Assembly: GCA_051362555.1 (NCBI GenBank)
Contig: CM120644.1
Location: forward strand, 14,406,534 to 14,470,533
Direction: 5' to 3'
Length of the DNA: 64,000 bases
Source of the DNA: Lingula anatina
Taxonomy: Eukaryota; Animalia; Brachiopoda
The position numbers and the translations under genes were made by a program. Below, piece after piece: positions 50,501 through 64,000 of this stretch (its first letter is position 1; every line of letters starts with the position of its first letter). The notes beneath the pieces were generated by a model. It was not told the origin of the DNA and did no database searches. It saw only the letters and a program-made list of their open reading frames with translations.

Positions 50501-53500
50501 GGGGAGACAGAGTTTTTGCTCTTTTTCTTCCTTAATGTTGACACCACCACTCTTCCAGCACTTTATTCTTACTACAAATGACCGAACACACCTACCTGAC
50601 ACTATAATGAAGAAAAAAAATTTTCATCCCTACCTGGCCAAAATTGAAGAAATCTCACAGTGCCGGCACTGTTCAAAATCACTCAAAATCACCAAAAATC
50701 GACCCGTCTCCGATTTTTCCAAAAAGTGACGAAAATCAATCTACCACACCTGTCATTCATAAAAAATGCGGAAACGCGCCCGGGTCACTTCATCAAGGCC
50801 CCCAATTCTAGCTTTAAAGATGATCCAAAAATAAGCTCTGAGAACAGAATCTGAGAGGGGGGGGGAGACAGAGTTTTTGCTCTTTTTCTTCCTTAATGTT
50901 GACACCACCACTCTTCCAGCACTTTATTCTTACTACAAATGACCGAACACACCTACCTGACACTATAATGAAGAAAAAAAATTTTCATCCCTACCTGGCC
51001 AAAATTGAAGAAATCTCACAGTGCCGGCACTGTTCAAAATCACTCAAAATCACCAAAAATCGACCCGTCTCCGATTTTTCGAAAAAGTGACGAAAATCAA
51101 TCTACCACATCTGTCATTCATAAAAAATGTGGAAACGCGCCCGGGTCACTTCATCAAGGCCCCCAATTCTAGCTTTAAAGATGATCCAAAAATAAGCCCT
51201 GAGAACAGAATCTGAGAGGGGGGGGAGACAGAGTTTTTGCTCTATTTCTTCCTTAATGTTGACACCACCACTCTTCCAGCACTTAATTCTTACTACAAAT
51301 GACCGAACACACCTACCTGACACTATAATGAAGAAAAAAAATTTTCATCCCTACCTGGCCAAAATTGAAGAAATTTCACAGTGCCGGCACTGTTCAAAAT
51401 CACTCAAAATCACCAAAAATCGACCCATCTCTGATTTTTCCAAAAAGTGACCAAAATCAATCTACCACACCTGTCATTCATAAAAAATGTGGAAACGCGC
51501 CAGGGTCACTTCATCAAGGCCCCCAATTCTAGCTTTAAAGATGATCCAAAAATAAGCTCTGAGAACAGAATCTGAGAGGGGGGGGAGAGAGAGTTTTTGC
51601 TCTATTTCTTCCTTAATGTTGACACCACCACTCTTCCAGCACTTTATTCTTACTACAAATGACCGAACACACCTACCTGACACTTTAACGAAGAAAAAAA
51701 TTTTCATCCCTACCTGGCCAAAATTGAAGAACTCTCACAGTGCCGGCACTGTTCAAAATCACTCAAAATCACCAAAAATCGACCCATCTCCGATTTTTCC
51801 AAAAAGTGACCAAAATCAATCTACCACACCTGTCTTTCATAAAAAATGTGGAAACGCGCCCGGGTCACTTCATCAAGGCCCCCAATTCTAGCTTTAAAGA
51901 TGATCCAAAAATAAGCTCTGAGAACAGAATCTGAGAGGAGGGGGGGAGACAGAGTTTTTGCTCTTTTTCTTCCTTAATGTTGACACCACCACTCTTCCAG
52001 CACTTTATTCTTACTACAAATGACCGAACACACCTACCTGACACTATAATGAAGAAAAAAATTTTTCATCCCTACCTGGTCAAAATTGAAGAAATCTCAC
52101 AGTGCCGGCACTGTTCAAAATCACCCAAAATCACCAAAAATCGACCCGTCTCCGATTTTTCCAAAAAGTGACGAAAATATATCTACCACACCTGTCATTC
52201 ATAAAAAATGTGGAAACGCGCCCGGGTCACTTCATCAAGGCCCCCAATTCTAGCTTTAAAGATGATCCAAAAATAAGCTCTGAGAACAGAATCTGAGAGG
52301 AGGGGGGGAGACAGAGTTTTTGCTCTTTTTCTTCCTTAATGTTGACACCACCACTCTTCCAGCACTTTATTCTTACTACAAATGACCGAACACACCTACC
52401 TGACACTATAATGAAGAAAAAAAATTTTCATCCCTACCTGGCCAAAATTGAAGAAATCTCACAGTGCCGGCACTGTTCAAAATCACTCAAAATCACCAAA
52501 AATCGACCCGTCTCCGATTTTTCCAAAAAGTGACGAAAATATATCTACCACACCTGTCTTTCATAAAAAATGTGGAAACGCGCCCGGGTCACTTCATCAA
52601 GGCCCCCAATTCTAGCTTCAAAGATGATCCAAAAATAAGCTCTGAAAACAGAATCTGAGAGGAGGGGGGGAGAGAGAGTTTTTGCTCTTTTTCTTCCTTA
52701 ATGTTGACACCACCACTCTTCCAGCACTTTATTCTTACTACAAATGACCGAACACACCTACCTGACACTATAATGAAGAAAAAAATTTTTCATCCCTACC
52801 TGGCCAAAATTGAAGAAATCTCACAGTGCCGGCACTGTTCAAAATTACCCAAAATCACCAAAAATCGACCCGTCTCCGATTTTTCCAAAAAGTGACGAAA
52901 ATATATCTACCACACCTGTCATTCATAAAAAATGTGGAAACGCGCCCGGGTCACTTCATCAAGGCCCCCAATTCTAGCTTTAAAGATGATCCAAAAATAA
53001 GCTCTGAGAACAGAATCTGAGAGGGGGGGGGGGAGACAGAGTTTTTGCTCTTTTTCTTCCTTAATGTTGACACCACCACTCTTCCAGCACTTTATTCTTA
53101 CTACAAATGACCGAACACACCTACCTGACACTATAATGAAGAAAAAAAATTTTCATCCCTACCTGGCCAAAATTGAAGAAATCTCACAGTGAAGGCACTG
53201 TTCAAAATCACTCAAAATCACCAAAAATTGACCCGTCTCCGATTTTTCCAAAAAGTGACGAAAATCAATCTACCACACCTGTCATTCATAAAAAATGTGG
53301 AAACGCGCCCGGATCACTTCATCAAGGCCCCCAATTCTAGCTTTAAATATGATCCAAAAATAAGCTCTGAGAACAGAATCTGAGAGGGGGGGGAGACAGA
53401 GTTTTTGCTCTATTTCTTCCTTAATGTTGACACCACCACTCTTCCAGCACTTAATTCTTACTACAAATGACCGAACACACCTACCTGACACTATAATGAA

Positions 53501-56500
53501 GAAAAAAAATTTTCATCCCTACCTGGCCAAAATTGAAGAAATTTCACAGTGCCGGCACTGTTCAAAATCACTCAAAATCACCAAAAATCGACCCATCTCT
53601 GATTTTTCCAAAAAGTGACCAAAATCAATCTACCACACCTGTCATTCATAAAAAATGTGGAAACGCGCCCGGGTCACTTCATCAAGGCCCCCAATTCTAG
53701 CTTTAAAGATGATCCAAAAATAAGCTCTGAGAACAGAATCTGAGAGGGGGGGGAGAGAGAGTTTTTGCTCTATTTCTTCCTTAATGTTGACACCACCACT
53801 CTTCCAGCACTTTATTCTTACTACAAATGACCGAACACACCTACCTGACACTTTAATGAAGAAAAAAAATTTTCATCCCTACCTGGCCAAAATTGAAGAA
53901 CTCTCACAGTGCCGGCACTGTTCAAAATCACTCAAAATCACCAAAAATCGACCCATCTCCGATTTTTCCAAAAAGTGACCAAAATCAATCTACCACACCT
54001 GTCATTCATAAAAAATGTGGAAACGCGCCCGGGTCACTTCATCAAGGCCCCCAATTCTAGCTTTAAAGATGATCCAAAAATAAGCTCTGAGAACAGAATC
54101 TGAGAGGGGGGGGGGAGACAGAGTTTTTGCTCTTTTTCTTCCTTAATGTTGACACCACCACTCTTCCAGCACTTTATTCTTACTACAAATGACCGAACAC
54201 ACCTACCTGACACTATAATGAAGAAAAAAATTTTTCATCCCTACCTGGCCAAAATTGAAGAAATCTCACAGTGCCGGCACTGTTCAAAATCACCCAAAAT
54301 CACCAAAAATCGACCCGTCTCCGATTTTTCCAAAAAGTGACGAAAATATATCTACCACACCTGTCATTCATAAAAAATGTGGAAACGCGCCCGGGTCACT
54401 TCATCAAGGCCCCCAATTCTAGCTTTAAAGATGATCCAAAAATAAGCTCTGAGAACAGAATCTGAGAGGGGGGGGGGAGACAGAGTTTTTGCTCTTTTTC
54501 TTCCTTAATGTTGACACCACCACTCTTCCAGCACTTTATTCTTACTACAAATGACCGAACACACCTACCTGACACTATAATGAAGAAAAAAAATTTTCAT
54601 CCCTACCTGGCCAAAATTGAAGAAATCTCACAGTGCCGGCACTGTTCAAAATCACTCAAAATCACCAAAAATCGACCCGTCTCCGATTTTTCCAAAAAGT
54701 GACGAAAATCAATCTACCACACCTGTCATTCATAAAAAATGCGGAAACGCGCCCGGGTCACTTCATCAAGGCCCCCAATTCTAGCTTTAAAGATGATCCA
54801 AAAATAAGCTCTGAGAACAGAATCTGAGAGGGGGGGGGGAGACAGAGTTTTTGCTCTTTTTCTTCCTTAATGTTGACACCACCACTCTTCCAGCACTTTA
54901 TTCTTACTACAAATGACCGAACACACCTACCTGACACTATAATGAAGAAAAAAAATTTTCATCCCTACCTGGCCAAAATTGAAGAAATCTCACAGTGCCG
55001 GCACTGTTCAAAATCACTCAAAATCACCAAAAATCGACCCGTCTCCGATTTTTCGAAAAAGTGACGAAAATCAATCTACCACATCTGTCATTCATAAAAA
55101 ATGTGGAAACGCGCCCGGGTCACTTCATCAAGGCCCCCAATTCTAGCTTTAAAGATGATCCAAAAATAAGCCCTGAGAACAGAATCTGAGAGGGGGGGGA
55201 GACAGAGTTTTTGCTCTATTTCTTCCTTAATGTTGACACCACCACTCTTCCAGCACTTAATTCTTACTACAAATGACCGAACACACCTACCTGACACTAT
55301 AATGAAGAAAAAAAATTTTCATCCCTACCTGGCCAAAATTGAAGAAATTTCACAGTGCCGGCACTGTTCAAAATCACTCAAAATCACCAAAAATCGACCC
55401 ATCTCTGATTTTTCCAAAAAGTGACCAAAATCAATCTACCACACCTGTCATTCATAAAAAATGTGGAAACGCGCCCGGGTCACTTCATCAAGGCCCCCAA
55501 TTCTAGCTTTAAAGATGATCCAAAAATAAGCTCTGAGAACAGAATCTGAGAGGGGGGGGAGAGAGAGTTTTTGCTCTATTTCTTCCTTAATGTTGACACC
55601 ACCACTCTTCCAGCACTTTATTCTTACTACAAATGACCGAACACACCTACCTGACACTTTAACGAAGAAAAAAATTTTCATCCCTACCTGGCCAAAATTG
55701 AAGAACTCTCACAGTGCCGGCACTGTTCAAAATCACTCAAAATCACCAAAAATCGACCCATCTCCGATTTTTCCAAAAAGTGACCAAAATCAATCTACCA
55801 CACCTGTCTTTCATAAAAAATGTGGAAACGCGCCCGGGTCACTTCATCAAGGCCCCCAATTCTAGCTTTAAAGATGATCCAAAAATAAGCTCTGAGAACA
55901 GAATCTGAGAGGAGGGGGGGAGACAGAGTTTTTGCTCTTTTTCTTCCTTAATGTTGACACCACCACTCTTCCAGCACTTTATTCTTACTACAAATGACCG
56001 AACACACCTACCTGACACTATAATGAAGAAAAAAATTTTTCATCCCTACCTGGCCAAAATTGAAGAAATCTCACAGTGCCGGCACTGTTCAAAATCACCC
56101 AAAATCACCAAAAATCGACCCGTCTCCGATTTTTCCAAAAAGTGACGAAAATATATCTACCACACCTGTCATTCATAAAAAATGTGGAAACGCGCCCGGG
56201 TCACTTCATCAAGGCCCCCAATTCTAGCTTTAAAGATGATCCAAAAATAAGCTCTGAGAACAGAATCTGAGAGGAGGGGGGGAGACAGAGTTTTTGCTCT
56301 TTTTCTTCCTTAATGTTGACACCACCACTCTTCCAGCACTTTATTCTTACTACAAATGACCGAACACACCTACCTGACACTATAATGAAGAAAAAAAATT
56401 TTCATCCCTACCTGGCCAAAATTGAAGAAATCTCACAGTGCCGGCACTGTTCAAAATCACTCAAAATCACCAAAAATCGACCCGTCTCCGATTTTTCCAA

Positions 56501-57340
56501 AAAGTGACGAAAATATATCTCCCACACCTGTCTTTCATAAAAAATGTGGAAACGCGCCCGGGTCACTTCATCAAGGCCCCCAATTCTAGCTTTAAAGATG
56601 ATCCAAAAATAAGCTCTGAAAACAGAATCTGAGAGGAGGGGGGGAGAGAGAGTTTTTGCTCTTTTTCTTCCTTAATGTTGACACCACCACTCTTCCAGCA
56701 CTTTATTCTTACTACAAATGACCGAACACACCTACCTGACACTATAATGAAGAAAAAAATTTTTCATCCCTACCTGGCCAAAATTGAAGAAATCTCACAG
56801 TGCCGGCACTGTTCAAAATCACCCAAAATCACCAAAAATCGACCCGTCTCCGATTTTTCCAAAAAGTGAAGAAAATATATCTACCACACCTGTCATTCAT
56901 AAAAAATGTGGAAACGCGCCCGGGTCACTTCATCAAGGCCCCCAATTCTAGCTTTAAAGATGATCCAAAAATAAGCTCTGAGAACAGAATCTGAGAGGGG
57001 GGGGGGAGACAGAGTTTTTGCTCTTTTTCTTCCTTAATGTTGACACCACCACTCTTCCAGCACTTTATTCTTACTACAAATGACCGAACACACCTACCTG
57101 ACACTATAATGAAGAAAAAAAATTTTCATCCCTACCTGGCCAAAATTGAAGAAATCTCACAGTGAAGGCACTGTTCAAAATCACTCAAAAATCGACCCGT
57201 CTCCGATTTTTCCAAAAAGTGACGAAAATCAATCTACCACACCTGTCATTCATAAAAAATGTGGAAACGCGCCCGGGTCACTTCATCAAGGCCCCCAATT
57301 CTAGCTTTAAAGATGATCCAAAAATAAGCTCTGAGAACAG
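47590..57340. repeat. Higher-order repeat domain: 4-mer (~1.45 kb) overlapping an 11-mer (~3.97 kb) duplication
   Basis: The 4-mer pairs 47637/49086/50535 (ATGCGGAAAC), 47999/49447 and 48721/50170. The 11-mer pairs 50535/54508, 50896/54870, 51256/55230, 51616/55590, 51977/55951, 52339/56313, 52701/56675 and 53189/57162 (GTGAAGGC). Confidence 0.85.
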
Positions 57341-60300
57341 AATCTGAGAGGGGGGGGGGAATGAGAGTTTTTGTTCTATTTCTTCCTTAATGTTGACACC
57401 ACCACTCTTCCAGCACTTTATTCTTACTACAAATGACCGAACACACCTACATGACACTATAATGAAGAAAAAAAAAATGTTCAAAATCACCCAAAATCAC
57501 CAAAAATCGACCCGTCTCCGATTTTTCCAAAAAGTGACGAAAATATATCTACCACACCTGTCATTCATAAAAAATGTGGAAACGCGCCCGGGTCACTTCA
57601 TCAAGGCCCCCAATTCTAGCTTTAAAGATGATCCAAAAATAAGCTCTGAGAACAGAATCTGAGAGGGGGGGGGGAGACAGAGTTTTTGCTCTTTTTCTTC
57701 CTTAATGTTGACACCACCACTCTTCCAGCACTTTATTCTTACTACAAATGACCGAACACACCTACCTGACACTATAATGAAGAAAAAAAATTTTCATCCC
57801 TACCTGGCCAAAATTGAAGAAATCTCACAGTGAAGGCACTGTTCAAAATCACTCAAAATCACCAAAAATCGACCCGTCTCCGATTTTTCCAAAAAGTGAC
57901 GAAAATCAATCTACCACACCTGTCATTCATAAAAAATGTGGAAACGCGCCCGGATCACTTCATCAAGGCCCCCAATTCTAGCTTTAAATATGATCCAAAA
58001 ATAAGCTCTGAGAACAGAATCTGAGAGGGGGGGGGGAGACAGAGTTTTTGCTCTTTTTCTTCCTTAATGTTGACACCACCACTCTTCCAGCACTTTATTC
58101 TTACTACAAATGACCGAACACACCTACCTGACACTATAATGAAGAAAAAAATTTTCATCCCTACCTGGCCAAAATTGAAGAAATCTCACAGTGCCGGCAC
58201 TGTTCAAAATCACTCAAAATCACCAAAAATCGACCCGTCTCCGATTTTTCCAAAAAGTGACGAAAATCAATCTACCACACCTGTCATTCATAAAAAATGT
58301 GGAAACGCGCCCGGGTCACTTCATCAAGGCCCCCAATTCTAGCTTTAAAGATGATCCAAAAATAAGCTCTGAGAACAGAATCTGAGAGGGGGGGGAGACA
58401 GAGTTTTTGCTCTTTTTCTTCCTTAATATTGACACCACCACTCTTCCAGCACTTTATTCTTACTACAAATGACCGAACACACCTACCTGACACTATAATG
58501 AAGAAAAAAAATTTTCATCCCTACCTGGCCAAAACTGAAGAAATCTCACAGTGCCGGCACTGTTCAAAATCACTCAAAATCACCAAAAATCGACCCGTCT
58601 CCGATTTTTCCAAAAAGTGACGAAAATCAATCTACCACACCTGTCATTCATAAAAAATGTGGAAACGCGCCCGGGTCACTTCATCAAGGCCCCCAATTCT
58701 AGCTTTAAAGATGATCCAAAAATAAGCTCTGAGAACAGAATCTGAGAGGGGGGGGGAGAGAGAGTTTTTGCTCTATTTCTTCCTTAATGTTGATACCACC
58801 ACTCTTCCAGCACTTTATTCTTACTACAAATGACCGAACACACCTACATGACACTATAATGAAGAAAAAAATTTTTCATCCCTACCTGACCAAAATTGAA
58901 GAAATCTCACAGTGCCAGCACTGTTCAATATCACTCAAAATAACCAAAAATCGACCCGTCTCCGATTTTTCCAAAAAGTGACGAAAATCAATCTACCACA
59001 CCTGTCATTCATAAAAAATGTGGAAACGCGCCCGGGTCACTTCATCAAGGCCCCCAATTCTAGCTTTAAATATGATCCAAAAATAAGCTCTGAGAACAGA
59101 ATCTGAGAGGGGGGGGGAGACAGAGTTTTTGCTCTTTTTCTTCCTTAATGTTGACACCACCACTCTTCCAGCACTTTATTCTTACTACAAATGACCGAAC
59201 ACACCTACCTGACACTATAATGAAGGAAAAAATTTTCATCCCTACCTGGCCAAAATTGAAGAAATCTCACAGTGCCGGCACTGTTCAAAATCACTCAAAA
59301 TCACCAAAAATCGACCCGTCTCCGATTTTTCCAAAAAGTGACGAAAATCAATCTACCACACCTGTCATTCATAAAAAATGTGGAAACGCGCCCGGGTCAC
59401 TTCATCAAGGCCCCCAATTCTAGCTTTAAAGATGATCCAAAAATAAGCTCTGAGAACAGAATCTGAGAGGGGGGGGAGACAGAGTTTTTGCTCTTTTTCT
59501 TCCTTAATATTGACACCACCACTCTTCCAGCACTTTATTCTTACTACAAATGACCGAACACACCTACCTGACACTATAATGAAGAAAAAAAATTTTCATC
59601 CCTACCTGGCCAAAACTGAAGAAATCTCACAGTGCCGGCACTGTTCAAAATCACTCAAAATCACCAAAAATCGACCCGTTTCCGATTTTTCCAAAAAGTG
59701 ACGAAAATCAATCTACCACACCTGTCATTCATAAAAAATGTGGAAACGCGCCCGGGTCACTTCATCAAGGCCCCCAATTCTAGCTTTAAAGATGATCCAA
59801 AAATAAGCTCTGAGAACAGAATCTGAGAGGGGGGGGGGAGAGAGAGTTTTTGCTCTATTTCTTCCTTAATGTTGATACCACCACTCTTCCAGCACTTTAT
59901 TCTTACTACAAATGACCGAACACACCTACATGACACTATAATGAAGAAAAAAAATTTTCATCCCTACCTGACCAAAATTGAAGAAATCTCACAGTGCCAG
60001 CACTGTTCAAAATCACTCAAAATAACCAAAAATCGACCCGTCTCCGATTTTTCCAAAAAGTGACGAAAATCAATCTACCACACCTGTCATTCATAAAAAA
60101 TGTGGAAACGCGCCCGGGTCACTTCATCAAGGCCCCCAATTCTAGCTTTAAAGATGATCCAAAAATAAGCTCTGAGAACAGAATCTGAGAGGCGGGGGGG
60201 GGGGGGGGGGGGGGAGGGAGACAGAGTTTTTGCTCTTTTTCTTCCTTAATGTTGACACCACCACTCTTCCAGCACTTTATTCTTACTACAAATGACCGAA

Positions 60301-63300
60301 CACACCTACCTGACACTATAATGAAGAAAAAATTTTTCATCCCTACCTGGCCAAAATTGAAGAAATTTCACAGTGCCGGCACTGTTCAAAATCACTCAAA
60401 ATCACCAAAAATCGACCCGTCTCCGATTTTTCCAAAAAGTGACGAAAATCAATCTACCACACCTGTCATTCATAAAAAATGTGGAAACGCGCCCGGGTCA
60501 CTTCATCAAGGCCCCCAATTCTAGCTTTAAAGATGATCCAAAAATAAGCTCTGAGAACAGAATCTGAGAGGGGGGGGGGGAGACAGAGTTTTTGCTCTTT
60601 TTCTTCCTTAATGTTGACACCACCACTCTTCCAGCACTTTATTCTTACTACAAATGACCGAACACACCTACATGACACTATAATGAAGAAAAAAAAATTT
60701 TCATCCCTACCTGACCAAAATTGAAGAAATCTCACAGTGCCGGCACTGTTCAAAATCACTCAAAATCACCAAAAATTGACCCGTCTCCGATTTTTCCAAA
60801 AAGTGACGAAAATCAATCTACCACACCTGTCATTCATAAAAAATGTGGAAACGCGCCCGGATCACTTCATCAAGGCCCCCAATTCTAGCTTTAAATATGA
60901 TCCAAAAATAAGCTCTGAGAACAGAATCTGAGAGTGGGGGGGGAGACAGAGTTTTTGCTCTTTTTCTTCCTTAATGTTGACACCACCACTCTTCCAGCAC
61001 TTTATTCTTACTACAAATGACCGAACACACCTACCTGACACTATAATGAAGAAAAAAATTTTCATCCCTACCTGGCCAAAATTGAAGAAATTTCACAGTG
61101 CCGGCACTGTTCAAAATCACTCAAAATCACCAAAAATCGACCCATCTCCGATTTTTCCAAAAAGTGACGAAAATCAATCTACCACACCTGTCATTCATAA
61201 AAAATGTGGAAACGCGCCCGGGTCACTTCATCAAGGCCCCCAATTCTAGCTTTAAAGATGATCCAAAAATAAGCTCTGAGAACAGAATCTGAGAGGCGAG
61301 GGGGGGGGGGGAGACAGAGTTTTTGCTCTTTTTCTTCCTTAATGTTGACACCACCACTCTTCCAGCACTTTATTCTTACTACATATGACCGAACACACCT
61401 ACCTGACACTATAATGAAGAAAAAAAAATTTTCATCCCTACCTGGCCAAAATTGAAGAAATCTCACAGTGCCGGCACTGTTCAAAATCACTCAAAATCAC
61501 CAAAAATCGACCCGTCTCCGATTTTTCCAAAAAGTGACGAAAATCAATCTACCACACCTGTCATTCATAAAAAATGTGGAAACGCGCCCGGGTCACTTCA
61601 TCAAGGCCCCCAATTCTAGCTTTAAAGATGATCCAAAAATAAGCTCTGAGAACAGAATCTGAGAGGGGGGGGGGGGGGAGAGAGAGTTTTTGCTCTATTT
61701 CTTCCTTAATGTTGACACCACCACTCTTCCAGCACTTTATTCTTACTACAAATGACCGAACACACCTACCTGACACTATAATGAAGAAAAAAAATTTTCA
61801 TCCCTACCTGGCCAAAATTGAAGAAATCTCACAGTGCCGGCACTGTTCAAAATCACTCAAAATCACCAAAAATCGACCCATCTCCGATTTTTCCAAAAAG
61901 TGACCAAAATCAATCTACCACACCTGTCATTCATAAAAAATGTGGAAACACGCCCTGGTCACTTCATCAAGGCCCCCAATTCTAGCTTTAAAGGTGATCC
62001 AAAAATAAGCTCTGAGAACAGAATCTGAGAGGGGGGGGAGACAGAGTTTTTGCTCTTTTTCTTCCTTAATGTTGACACCACCACTCTTCCAGCACTTTAT
62101 TCTTACTACAAATGACCGAACTCACCTACCTGACACTATAATGAAGAAAAAAAATTTTCATCCCTACCTGGCCAAAATTGAAGAAATCTCACAGTGCCGG
62201 CACTGTTCAAAATCACTCAAAATCACCAAAAATCGACCCGTCTCCGATTTTTCCAAAAAGAGACCAAAATCAATCTACCACACCTGTCATTCATAAAAAA
62301 TGTGGAAACGCGCCCGGGTCACTTCATCAAGGCCCCCAATTCTAGCTTTAAAGATGATCCAAAAATAAGCTCTGAGAACAGAATCTGAGAGGGGGGGGGG
62401 GGGAGAGAGAATTTTTGCTCTATTTCTTCCTTAATGTTGACAACACCACTCTTCCAGCACATTATTCTTACTACAAATGACCGAACACACCTACCTGACA
62501 CTATAATGAAGAAAAAAAAAATTCATCCCTACCTGGCCAAAATTTAAGAAATCTCACAGTGCCGGCACTGTTCAAAATCACTCAAAATCACCAAAAATTG
62601 ACCCGTCTCCGATTTTTCCAAAAAGTGACGAAAATCAATCTACCACACCTGTCATTCATAAAAAATGTGGAAACGCGCCCGGGTCACTTCATCAAGGCCC
62701 CCAATTCTAGCTTTAAAGATGATCCAAAAATAAGCTCTGAGAACAGAATCTGAGAGGGGGGGGGGAGACAGAGTTTTTGCTCTTTTTCTTCATTAATGTT
62801 GACACCACCAAACTTCCAGCACTTTATTCTTACTACAAATGACCAAACACACCTACCTGACACTATAATGAAGAAAAAAATTTTCATCCCTACCTGGCCA
62901 AAATTGAAGAAATCTCACAGTGCCGGCACTGTTCAAAATCACTCAAAATCACCAAAAATCGACCCGTCTCCGATTTTTCCAAAAAGTGACGAAAATATAT
63001 CTACCACACCTGTCATTCATAAAAAATGTGGAAACGCACCCGGGTCACTTCATCAAGGCCCCCAATTCTAGCTTTAAAGATGATCCAAAAATAAGCTCTG
63101 AGAACAGAATCTGAGAGGGGGGGGGGGAGAGACAGAGTTTTTGCTCTTTTTCTTCCTTAATGTTGACACCACCACTCTTCCAGCACTTTATTCTTACTAC
63201 AAATGACCGAACACACCTACCTGACACTATAATGAAGAAAAAAAATTTTCATCCCTACCTGGCCAAAATTGAAGAAATCTCACAGTGCCGGCACTGTTCA

Positions 63301-64000
63301 AAATCACTCAAAATCACCAAAAATCGTCCCGTCTCCGATTTTTCCAAAAAGTGACGAAAATCAATCTACCACACCTGTCATTCATAAAAAATGTGGAAAC
63401 GCGCCCGGGTCACTTCATCAAGGCCCCCAATTCTAGCTTTAAAGATGATCCAAAAATAAGCTCTGAGAACAGAATCTGAGAGGGGGGGGGGGAGAGAGAG
63501 TTTTTGCTCTATTTCTTCCTTAATGTTGACACCACCACTCTTCCAGCACTTTATTCTTACTACAAATGACCGAACACACCTACCTGACACTATAATGAAG
63601 AAAAAAAATTTTCATCCCTACCTGGCCAAAATTGAAGAAATCTCACAGTGCCGGCACTGTTCAAAATCACTCAAAATCACCAAAAATCGACCCGTCTCCG
63701 ATTTTTCCAAAAAGTGACGAAAATATATCTACCACACCTGTCATTCATAAAAAATGTGGAAACGCGCCCGGGTCACTTCATCAAGGCCCCCAATTCTAGC
63801 TTTAAAGATGATCCAAAAATAAGCTCTGAGAACAGAATCTGAGAGGGGGGGGGGGGAGACAGAGTTTTTGCTCTTTTTCTTCCTTAATGTTGACACCACC
63901 ACTCTTCCAGCACTTTATTCTTACTACAAATGACCGAACACACCTACCTGACACTATAATGAAGAAAAAAAATTTTCATCCCTACCTGGCCAAAATTGAA

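Larger units (their letters stand above)
7050..64000. repeat. ~362-bp tandem satellite array, right segment (~157 monomers; runs off the window's right edge)
   Basis: It resumes in register at the interrupted A-run (AAAATTTTCATCCCTACC) and continues in the same orientation with ~360-370 bp periodicity. Copies differ by scattered substitutions, homopolymer length and a few deletions. Confidence 0.99.

Noticed and set aside
56-63842. Hundreds of 60-108 aa ORFs (MLTPPLFQHF..., MPALFKITQN..., MSGRCVRSF...) as a tandem gene family
   Set aside because: They are overlapping frames of the satellite monomer. Frames are freely shifted or stopped by homopolymer indels and point changes, many start at GTG/TTG, and no domain is recognisable.
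177-64000. CRISPR-like array (palindromic repeat at regular spacing)
   Set aside because: The sequence between palindromes is itself the same repeat rather than unique spacers, the period is ~362 bp, and there are no cas genes.

Overview
This window is eukaryotic-type satellite DNA with no supportable protein-coding or RNA genes. About 96% is one head-to-tail tandem array of a ~362-bp monomer (roughly 170 copies), and nearly every ORF in the track is a reading-frame artefact of that monomer. The array is interrupted once, at ~4452-7049, by a ~2.6-kb non-coding insertion in the monomer's A-run with no long target-site duplication. Read on the minus strand, the insertion has the layout of a non-autonomous Helentron/Helitron2 element (HINE/DINE-1-like). 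It has a 14-bp hairpin at one end, 11-bp subterminal inverted repeats, a (CGTCGC)n-type microsatellite, central tandem repeats and a short terminal stem-loop. It carries three different internal arrays in series (~302/338 bp, ~402 bp built as a ~192+208 dimer, and 159 bp). The host satellite has a perfect 16-bp palindrome, a variable G-tract, many CpG-decay variants and a patchwork of local higher-order repeats (2-, 3-, 4-, 5-, 10-, 11- and 14-mers). All comparisons were made by eye, and boundaries are approximate to a few bp unless stated.
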